DNA from: a virus
Strand: one strand, 5' to 3'
Length of the DNA: 64,000 nucleotides
Virus record (IMG/VR): IMGVR_UViG_3300028197_001221
Location: 1-64,000 of that record
Positions 29,233 to 37,019 of the stretch are shown here, piece after piece. The position numbers and the translations under genes are program-made. The notes under the pieces were generated by a model that ran no database searches, was not told where the DNA came from, and saw nothing but the letters and a program-made list of their open reading frames with translations. Position 1 is the stretch's first letter. The number at the start of each line of letters is the position of its first letter.

Positions 29233-29969
29233 TGGCAAAAAGATTAAATCAAAGAGTAAAGACAGAAAAAAGGCTCGTCAGCTTTGCTATACTCTATGAT
29301 CAACAATCAAGTAAAAGTAAAAACCAACAGCTACAAATGGCTATGGTCGATCATCAATTAAAATTGTTGGATAAACAAATAAACTCTATAAATAAAAAGT
29401 ATTCAAAAAATGAGATTATTATATGCGTAGGTTATCAATCTTACATAGTAATTAATCATTTACATAAAAACCATAACGGTAAAAATATTAGAATTGTAGA
29501 AAACCCAAACTACCTTGATAGTAACAGTTGCGAGAGCCTGCGCATAATAATGAACAATATACATAATAATAGGATTATCATTATAGATGGGTCTATGTCA
29601 GTACCAGAAAGAGTTTATAGTAAATTAACGCTAGAGGGTTGTCATGTTGTAGTATCTAAAGAAAAAAATGATAATGCAAACATAGGAGCCAACATCTCCA
29701 ACGGAGATAGAATAGAGTATCTGTCTTATGGAGGATGTCAAGAATGTAAAAATATATTGGTGTTGTGCAATCCAAGAGCTATACATTATATCAAAAAGTC
29801 TATGGCTACAGGAGAATATAAAAACAAATTTATATTTGAAATACTAAATGAATTAATAAGTTTAAAATATATAATCAAAGCAATACAGGTTAAGGACAAG
29901 ATTAACCAGATATCAAACATGAAATTTATGAAAAGCAGAGGAAAGAAATATGAGATTTATAATAGATAA
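29232..29969 (+). CDS. degenerate sugar/choline-phosphate nucleotidyltransferase-like protein
   Basis: LLDKQI; EIIICVGY; IVENPNY..SNS.ESL; IIIDG; FIFEILN; no GxGxR loop; TAATG coupling. Confidence 0.6.
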   Translation: MAKRLNQRVKTEKRLVSFAILYDQQSSKSKNQQLQMAMVDHQLKLLDKQINSINKKYSKNEIIICVGYQSYIVINHLHKNHNGKNIRIVENPNYLDSNSCESLRIIMNNIHNNRIIIIDGSMSVPERVYSKLTLEGCHVVVSKEKNDNANIGANISNGDRIEYLSYGGCQECKNILVLCNPRAIHYIKKSMATGEYKNKFIFEILNELISLKYIIKAIQVKDKINQISNMKFMKSRGKKYEIYNR

Positions 29970-30804
29970 CTACACAACAGCGTCAAGCTCTCAAGCTCTA
30001 TACTTTGCCGAACACTTAAACGCGATGGAAGAACACCAAGTACACATATTAAAGCAGGGTCAGGAAAGTATATTTGACGCTTTTGATAGATTCAAACCAG
30101 ACTTTTATATAACTTCTACAGGCTTATTATCTAAAGACGCAGTGGTTTATATTAGTCAAAGTAAAGATATTAAACTTATTATTTCTACTAACGATGCTAA
30201 CAATAGCGATATAGTTGAAATAGAATCGGCTCTTTTAAATAGTAAGATTGATTGTCCTTTTTTTATCAGTAATCTACGTGACGAAAAAAAACCTACGACT
30301 AAGAAAACAAAGGTTATAAGGTTTATGGAATGTGTTGATGTTAATTTTGACGCAGATGTAGGAGTGGATTATTCTATAGATAAACTAGTTATGGTGGACT
30401 CTAATACTGACAGTGTTAGAAACTATAGTGGGACGTTTCATGTAGCAAGCCACAATCAAGACATGGCTAAAGTTGTCGATGTGTGCTTACCCATAAATCT
30501 TATGGTTTCCATAATTAGTAAATACAAACAAGTAATCTTTCAAGAGATTGGTGATTACCTACCTCAATTGTTTTTTCATTCTATAGCATCTGGCATACCA
30601 ACGTATTATGACTTAGAGAATAAAGAAAGATCAGACATAATAGATACTATGTGTGATAAAGTGTTTAAGATAGGAAATAAACTTAACTATACATCTTCAG
30701 ATAAAATAACAAATTTCGACAGTCTTAAAGAATTAGTGTTAGAAAAACATACTTCTACAAGAAGAGTAAAGTCTTTACTGTCTCAACTACCTATTAAAAA
30801 ATGA
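29950..30804 (+). CDS. hypothetical protein in glycosylation cluster
   Basis: DAFDRFKPD; C-terminal VLEKHT..RRV resembles GT-B (CgeB-like) ends. Confidence 0.5.
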   Translation: MRFIIDNYTTASSSQALYFAEHLNAMEEHQVHILKQGQESIFDAFDRFKPDFYITSTGLLSKDAVVYISQSKDIKLIISTNDANNSDIVEIESALLNSKIDCPFFISNLRDEKKPTTKKTKVIRFMECVDVNFDADVGVDYSIDKLVMVDSNTDSVRNYSGTFHVASHNQDMAKVVDVCLPINLMVSIISKYKQVIFQEIGDYLPQLFFHSIASGIPTYYDLENKERSDIIDTMCDKVFKIGNKLNYTSSDKITNFDSLKELVLEKHTSTRRVKSLLSQLPIKK

Positions 30805-31529
30805 ATCAGTTAAACAACATAACAATCGTTTCAATTTGTCACAATGATAAATTTAAATTAACCATACAGGCTATGGATTATTCTATGTCACAAATAGGTT
30901 TTGTGAAAAGTCTAATAATTACAGAGGACACGCTAGATCCAGCTTACCGTAGGATGTTAAGACATAGATTGTATCCAAATATTAATGTAAAAACAATCAA
31001 TAAAACCATTGATCTAGTAGAATATAATAGAATGTGTATAGAAGATTTGCACTCTTATATTGACACAGAATATTGTCTATTAATACAATGGGATGGTTTT
31101 GTAATAGATGGAAATAGATGGCAGGATAAATTTTTAGAATATGATTATATAGGCGCACCTTGGAGCGTCCCAAAAGGAGCAAGGAATAATATAGGAAATG
31201 GTGGGTTTTCACTGAGAAGTAAAAAGTTTTTAGAAGTAAGCTCACAATTACGGTACGATCCAGATGACTGTGAATGGCTACATCCAAGTCAAAAATTAGC
31301 ATTACCTGTAGCTCCAGAAGATTGGTACATGTGCTACAGTAATTACTCACACTTCCATAAAAATGAAATAAAATTTCCAGACACAAAAACAGCATATAGT
31401 TTTTCTGTAGAACACTCATCATCAATAAAACCTTACAATCCTTTTGATATAAAAACGTATAAATCTTTTGGTTTTCATGGAGATTTTAACGAAGCAGGAA
31501 TGGAGCAATTAATTGTTAGACAAGAATAA
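30801..31529 (+). CDS. DUF5672-family glycosyltransferase-like protein
   Basis: LLIQWDGFV; FLEYDYIGAPW; GNGGFSLRSK; PEDW; FSVE; FGFHG. Confidence 0.85.
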   Translation: MNQLNNITIVSICHNDKFKLTIQAMDYSMSQIGFVKSLIITEDTLDPAYRRMLRHRLYPNINVKTINKTIDLVEYNRMCIEDLHSYIDTEYCLLIQWDGFVIDGNRWQDKFLEYDYIGAPWSVPKGARNNIGNGGFSLRSKKFLEVSSQLRYDPDDCEWLHPSQKLALPVAPEDWYMCYSNYSHFHKNEIKFPDTKTAYSFSVEHSSSIKPYNPFDIKTYKSFGFHGDFNEAGMEQLIVRQE

Positions 31530-32292
31530 AATATCATTTCATGTGCATTTGTTTTATCTAGAACCATCTATATATTTATTAGATAAAATAAAAAATAAAT
31601 TTGATGGAAATATCTATTTATCTATGAATAGTAACGGGAAAGATAATGCAAAAATATTAGAACACGCCCATTCAATATTTACTAATGTGAAACATGTAAT
31701 TGTAGAAAATGTTGGCAATGACCAGTATGGGTTTTTTCACAGCTTCCCCTTAAATACAGACGAAACAGATTGGGTGTTTTACTGTCATGACAAAACCATC
31801 AAAAGAATAGATTGGCTAGATGAAATTATTGATCCAGTTTTAGACTATGAAAAGTTAGACAATGTGCTAGACGACGATGATATAGGATTAATAACAGCTG
31901 GAAAAACTAAGCATCATATGCAAATGTTTACTGAAGATTGTCTTACAAAATTATCTAAATCAAAGAATTATTCGCATAGGTTAAAGATTGTACAAGCAAG
32001 ACATACTTTAACTTGGTATAGGGAACTCCAGTATATCCTACTTACTGATACTGGATTGATAAATACTGATAATTTAAATCCAGATTTTACTGCGGGAAAT
32101 ATGTTCTTAGCTAGAAGACAAGTTATCAAACTAACTCATGACTGTATTCACGAAAGTTTTTTTGAAAACTATTACAGAGAAGATGGTAATGTGGAACATG
32201 CTCTAGAAAGATTTTATTTTTACGTAACTACGTGTTTAAAATATAACAACTTTTTTATAGGACTAAAGGAAGAAGAGGAAGAAAATGATTAA
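31513..32292 (+). CDS. rhamnan synthesis F (RgpF)-like protein
   Basis: HVHLFY; VENVGND; HDK; F.AGNMF.AR; DG..EHALER. Confidence 0.75.
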   Translation: MLDKNKISFHVHLFYLEPSIYLLDKIKNKFDGNIYLSMNSNGKDNAKILEHAHSIFTNVKHVIVENVGNDQYGFFHSFPLNTDETDWVFYCHDKTIKRIDWLDEIIDPVLDYEKLDNVLDDDDIGLITAGKTKHHMQMFTEDCLTKLSKSKNYSHRLKIVQARHTLTWYRELQYILLTDTGLINTDNLNPDFTAGNMFLARRQVIKLTHDCIHESFFENYYREDGNVEHALERFYFYVTTCLKYNNFFIGLKEEEEEND

Positions 32293-32743
32293 CCTTGGTG
32301 TTTATATGAATTCTCTTGGCGACCCTACTTTGTCTAAAGATATATTTACAGAAATTGGTCGAGGTCTTAATGAAAATCTAATAGAGGATGCTAGTATTTT
32401 TTATGATCAAATTGGACATCTAGAAGACCCTGCTCCTTGTGGACTGTTTCATTCTTCTGACTTATGGAATTTTGAAGGACATCTATTAATCTTGTCTATT
32501 AGTTCTGCGCTAAGAATAGTTAATATAGCTAATCACATACAGATTATACTGGGCTATGGTTGGGGGCAGAAAAATACGCTCGCTACACTAAAAATATTAG
32601 AAGATAAAAAAGTAAATACAATATGTCATTCAGAAAGTTTAGCCAACGATTTTTACAGAATAAGTGGTAGACAGGCTATAGGTTATTCGCCAAACTTTAA
32701 AAACACAATCAACATGATCACGGACCAATACAATGATAAATGA
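32285..32743 (+). CDS. hypothetical protein
   Basis: GAGG RBS; coupled in operon. Confidence 0.6.
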   Translation: MINLGVYMNSLGDPTLSKDIFTEIGRGLNENLIEDASIFYDQIGHLEDPAPCGLFHSSDLWNFEGHLLILSISSALRIVNIANHIQIILGYGWGQKNTLATLKILEDKKVNTICHSESLANDFYRISGRQAIGYSPNFKNTINMITDQYNDK

Positions 32744-33503
32744 AAAAGAAATAGTTAAATTATATACAGATAAAAATAAAAGTACTTATGATCTTGCAAA
32801 GATGTATAGTACATATCCTAATAAAATTAGACGCATACTTGTTAAGCATGGCGTACAATTAAAAACAAAAAGCGAAGCACAAAAAAATGCCCTTGTTAGT
32901 GGTAAGTCTAAGCTACCAACAGAGGGTAAGCATAGGACTAAAGAAGAAAGACTAAAGATTAGTTCTGGTCTTCAAAAAAGATGGCAAAACATAGATAAAG
33001 AAACATATGAAGCACATGTTAATAGGGCTAAATTAAGATGGGTTAATATGTCTCAAGAAGAAAAAAATAACATGACTCAAGCTGCGATCAAAGCTATACA
33101 AATAGCTGGCAAAGAGGGGTCTAAGTTAGAAAAGTTTCTAAGAAATGAGTTTATGAAAAATGGTTTCAATGTACAGGTTCACACTAAGAATATTATACCA
33201 AATGAAAACTTGGAGATAGACCTGTACTTTCCCAATTTAAAGACTATAATAGAAATAGATGGGCCGTCACACTTTCTTCCAATCTGGGGGGAAGAGAAGT
33301 TGCAGAAACAAATAAAATCAGATTCTCATAAAACAGGGTTGATCTTAGGAAAGGGATTTGCTATAATAAGAGTAAAACACCTGTCAGATTCTTTGTCACT
33401 AAGTAATAGAGAAAAATTGAAAGATAGGCTTATTCAGATGTTGCGTGACATCCAAACCAAGTTTCCAAAAAAATCTCAAAGGTATATTGAAATTGAGGCA
33501 TGA
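32733..33503 (+). CDS. HTH/NUMOD3-like + Vsr/DUF559-type endonuclease (homing endonuclease-like)
   Basis: STYDLAKMYSTYPNKIRRIL; HRTKEERLKIS; SKLE; EIDLY...IIEIDGPSHF. Confidence 0.7.
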   Translation: MINEKEIVKLYTDKNKSTYDLAKMYSTYPNKIRRILVKHGVQLKTKSEAQKNALVSGKSKLPTEGKHRTKEERLKISSGLQKRWQNIDKETYEAHVNRAKLRWVNMSQEEKNNMTQAAIKAIQIAGKEGSKLEKFLRNEFMKNGFNVQVHTKNIIPNENLEIDLYFPNLKTIIEIDGPSHFLPIWGEEKLQKQIKSDSHKTGLILGKGFAIIRVKHLSDSLSLSNREKLKDRLIQMLRDIQTKFPKKSQRYIEIEA

Positions 33504-33513
33504 AAGGACTAAT

Positions 33514-34284
33514 ATGATTGAAACAGAAGAAAACCTTTTCGCAGGAGTAGAAGAATTGCAAACACCATCAAATACAGATACGTCAGTTAAAAATGTGCTA
33601 CTAGAAGATGCTCCATCCATGCTCTCACCAGAGTGGCATGAGTACGCTATGACGCTTTTTCAGGAAGATGAGCTGGTCAATGGTCATCCCCTCGTAACAG
33701 GGCTTAGAAGGGTTTCTGAGCTTGTTCTAGGGCCAATGTCATTTAGTGGTCCAACGTGGGTAAAACCAACTGAAAGAGACGATCATCACGGTAGAGCTAC
33801 TGTGATTTTTAGCATAGAGTTTGTTAATGGACTTAAGTGTTCTGAGGTTGCAGATTCTTGGGAAGGTAATACTGATGATATGTTCTGCGCCTTTGCTGTA
33901 GCTATTGCTAGCACAAGAGCAGAGGCTAGGGCTTTAAGAAAAGTCTTAAAGATTAAGGGCGTAGCAGCAGAAGAGCTAACAAAGAAAGATACTGCTAAGA
34001 TTGTACGTGATATATCAAAGCAGAATAATAGTAGTGCGGGCGATTATGATGATACTGGTAGAATGAGCGATGCTCAGTATAATTTTATCGACATAAAATG
34101 CAAGCAACTAAATGTAGATGGAGGAAAGTTATTTAAGGATATATTTAAAGTAGATCAGAATCGTAAGGTTTCTAAAAAAGTAGCAAGTGAAATCATTGAT
34201 GTTCTTAATGATTATCAAAAAGATAAAAGCACAATACCACATGAAATGGTGGGATATAACCAAGAATGGAGAGAGATTAAATGA
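33514..34284 (+). CDS. putative Rad52/Sak-like single-strand annealing protein
   Basis: GLRRV...AIASTRAEARALR; C-terminal SDAQ..FI...ASEIIDVL; start set at ATG 33514 after AAAGGA. Confidence 0.45.
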   Translation: MIETEENLFAGVEELQTPSNTDTSVKNVLLEDAPSMLSPEWHEYAMTLFQEDELVNGHPLVTGLRRVSELVLGPMSFSGPTWVKPTERDDHHGRATVIFSIEFVNGLKCSEVADSWEGNTDDMFCAFAVAIASTRAEARALRKVLKIKGVAAEELTKKDTAKIVRDISKQNNSSAGDYDDTGRMSDAQYNFIDIKCKQLNVDGGKLFKDIFKVDQNRKVSKKVASEIIDVLNDYQKDKSTIPHEMVGYNQEWREIK

Positions 34285-34616
34285 AGTTAAATTATACAAC
34301 AGCAAATAAAAGAATTACAGCAGAGTTTGAAGCAGATACTCACAGAGAGTTGTTTACTCAAATATCAAAATTTCAAGAAATATTTGAAGAGACCAAGTGT
34401 GGCAAATGTGGTTCTGAAAATCTTAGATTTGTAGTTAGAACTGTAGACGAAAATGAATACTACGAGTTACGCTGCATAGACTGTGGAGCCAAGCTTGCGT
34501 TTGGTTCTATGAAGAAGGGTGGAGGCTTGTTCCCTAAACGTAAGGATGCTGATAATAATTGGCTACCAGACGGAGGTTGGCAAAAGTGGAATCCAAAGAC
34601 TAAGACTGTAGAATAA
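34281..34616 (+). CDS. zinc-ribbon protein
   Basis: CGKCG...LRCIDCGA. Confidence 0.65.
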   Translation: MKLNYTTANKRITAEFEADTHRELFTQISKFQEIFEETKCGKCGSENLRFVVRTVDENEYYELRCIDCGAKLAFGSMKKGGGLFPKRKDADNNWLPDGGWQKWNPKTKTVE

Positions 34617-34648
34617 AGATATAGGAAACTCTTTTATTCTTTCAGCAG

Positions 34649-34680
34649 GAGAGGGGTGAGAAATCGCCCCTCTCTTCTTA
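34649..34680. terminator. hairpin terminator between convergent arms
   Basis: GAGAGGGGTGA-GAAA-TCGCCCCTCTC (11-bp stem, one G-U, GNRA loop) followed by TTCTTA. Confidence 0.75.
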
Positions 34681-35439
34681 TAGATACTCTACGCTAAAGT
34701 ATAATGCATAATCTTCAGCGCTACCAATGGCAGTAGGCTTTGCGCTTATAGCAAGATACCAATCGTGTCGTAACGATCTATGCGTACTACCTTCTTGACT
34801 GAAATCAGTGAGGTGACTTAGCGATGCGTCACTTGAATTTGTGTTCAGACCGCTAACGCCCGGAGACTCAGTAAGATAAAAATCTTCAAGAGGTTTAACA
34901 TCTAATCCTTGATTCTCTGAATTGTTTGCATAGCCTTGTTCAAACACAAACCACTGATCGAAGGCCCATACAGTGCTTCGATGAAGCATTTTGTGACCAT
35001 TGCCAAAACTGCCAGTTCTATTTCTCACATCGTATACATAAGTTGTAACACCGGATGCATGATTATTAATATTATTTCTGTCAAAAATTCTTAATTTTGG
35101 ATTCTTAGTCATAACCCGTGTGTCGTGTGTAAACCTAATATTCAAAGGGGCTGCATATGAAGGCAAGTTGTCGAGTGTATATTCTGAGCCGGGAGCTAGA
35201 TTAGATTGAACAGACCCCGGCCTAGCCAGCTGAGAACCAACAAATTTAGTATTATTAACAGCAGTGCCTTCAGCTGTTCCATTTTGATTTGTGACAAATG
35301 TTGTATCTTGAGTGTTGGTAAGAGCAACAGAAATGCCATGAGCTGATCCATAAAATCCTAGACCACTACCAGTAGTGTGATTAATTAATGTCGATGTTTC
35401 TGCGGCATCAACATTAGCATAAAATTTTATCTCTGCCAT
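34678..35439 (-). CDS. probable virion structural protein
   Basis: Start reset to ATG 35439 (AGGAG at 35449-53); beta-rich Gly/Thr/Asn composition; end of tail module. Confidence 0.6.
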   Translation of the reverse strand: MAEIKFYANVDAAETSTLINHTTGSGLGFYGSAHGISVALTNTQDTTFVTNQNGTAEGTAVNNTKFVGSQLARPGSVQSNLAPGSEYTLDNLPSYAAPLNIRFTHDTRVMTKNPKLRIFDRNNINNHASGVTTYVYDVRNRTGSFGNGHKMLHRSTVWAFDQWFVFEQGYANNSENQGLDVKPLEDFYLTESPGVSGLNTNSSDASLSHLTDFSQEGSTHRSLRHDWYLAISAKPTAIGSAEDYALYFSVEYL

Positions 35440-35471
35440 TATAAGAATCTCCTGTTTTTGGGGGCTGTCTG

Positions 35472-35483
35472 TAATATATACAC
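35472..35483 (-). promoter_or_regulatory. candidate phage (late) promoter motif GTGTATATATTA
   Basis: Intergenic, 44 nt upstream of ATG 35439; matches motif at 278. Confidence 0.5.
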
Positions 35484-35488
35484 GAAAA

Positions 35489-36997
35489 TTAGTTAATCTC
35501 AATCGTAATATGTCGAATTGCCTGTGTAACAGCCGTTTGCTGACCAAATCCCTGTTGTCGAGGATTTATGCCAGCATCGCTGTGGAAGTAGAAAAATATG
35601 TCATAAGCTCCCGGTAATGGAGCATCCTCATTGGGAATAACTGCTAGATTAGAAGTTTTTGTACCCTCTCTAACGCCGGTTGTGCCGTCTGCTCTAATAC
35701 TTAATCTCTTGATATATGCTCTTTGTATCGGACCTTCTAAAGTAATGTTTTCATAAATTAAACCTTCCTTCCAAGTTATTTTACAAGCTTTAGTTGCAGA
35801 GGCTGACTTGAAGTTAAGAGAAAATCCAGAATCTCCAGAAAAAACCAATGGATCAAGCTTGCCTCTTTTGTCATCTATTATTTTAATATGACTGACTTCG
35901 CCCTCTCCTGACACACTGGTAACTTCTAGTTCTATGCCATATTCAGCGCTTGTTAGTTTATCTCCAACAACAAATCCTTTACCTTCTCTTACTACCTTGT
36001 ACTTATCGTTAATTCCGCAAGACTTAACCGCAAACTCAAAACCATTAGTAACTAATTGTCCCCTTAATCCTGTGTTCTCTGTCATTGATGTAGAAGTCTC
36101 TTCAGCATTGTCTTTAGTAACAACAAAACCTACTTCTTTATTTACTTCATTTACATCCAAATTTGTTCCATCAAAATCTGGCGTAAGATGTAGTGGGCAA
36201 AAATATTGCCCAAGCATGAGCGTACATGATTCGGGCCAAGCGTCCCAAACTTGAGAATGAAGACAGGCAGTTCCAAAGCTATGCAATCCGTTTTCTGAAG
36301 ATCCCCAAGCAGGATAATATCTTGTTTGTGGTTGTACATAATTATTTGTGCCAATATTGAGGCCACCTATTGTACTGACAACGGGTTGAGAGAAACCAAA
36401 GCTAGTTACCGTACCAACCATTCCTATGCTTTCATCGGTTGTTACATTGATTGTTCCACCGGCAGGAACATAAACTCTTATGCGAGAAGCAATAATTCCT
36501 ACACAATTAGATCCATCGCCAGCTGGTGATCCAGTGTTTTCAAAAGCAGACCAAACACCTAGAGGACTAGAAAGAGCCTCTTTAGTGCAATACAAATCAT
36601 ATTTATGCCCCACTCCACCCTCGTTAGCCTCGGTGTATACGGTTCCCGCAGAGGGCGTTCCCAGTGTAGCTACTGCACCATTTCTTGAACCAAAACCACT
36701 AGATCCTGAAAAAGAACCTGTGGGCGTTCCGTAAGATTTGGCATCTACGGCTAACGTCTGAGAGTGATCTTTAAAAAATCTACAAGTTAATACTCTATTA
36801 AAATATTGGCTAGCTACTGGCATGTTTGAAGCAACAGCATTATTATCATGTATTCCAACAAACTCTGGACCAATTGGTATAAAACTCACTCTGTTAGGAT
36901 TAGCAGGTCTATATCCAAACGTTGATGAAGACTGTCTGTACCTTCCAGATATTAATTCGCTACCATTAGCCCATCTAGGATAGATTTTACTTGACAA
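35489..36997 (-). CDS. probable tail protein
   Basis: TTG start after AAGGAG; G.GF.VGD.L...V.SV...GEV repeat typical of virion proteins. Confidence 0.6.
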   Translation of the reverse strand: MSSKIYPRWANGSELISGRYRQSSSTFGYRPANPNRVSFIPIGPEFVGIHDNNAVASNMPVASQYFNRVLTCRFFKDHSQTLAVDAKSYGTPTGSFSGSSGFGSRNGAVATLGTPSAGTVYTEANEGGVGHKYDLYCTKEALSSPLGVWSAFENTGSPAGDGSNCVGIIASRIRVYVPAGGTINVTTDESIGMVGTVTSFGFSQPVVSTIGGLNIGTNNYVQPQTRYYPAWGSSENGLHSFGTACLHSQVWDAWPESCTLMLGQYFCPLHLTPDFDGTNLDVNEVNKEVGFVVTKDNAEETSTSMTENTGLRGQLVTNGFEFAVKSCGINDKYKVVREGKGFVVGDKLTSAEYGIELEVTSVSGEGEVSHIKIIDDKRGKLDPLVFSGDSGFSLNFKSASATKACKITWKEGLIYENITLEGPIQRAYIKRLSIRADGTTGVREGTKTSNLAVIPNEDAPLPGAYDIFFYFHSDAGINPRQQGFGQQTAVTQAIRHITIEIN

Positions 36998-37019
36998 TGT
37001 TTATCTCCTTTAATAAGTT

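Noticed and set aside
35440-35547. N-terminal extension of the 34678 ORF given in the ORF track
   Set aside because: It overlaps the upstream gene; the RBS and promoter motif support ATG 35439.
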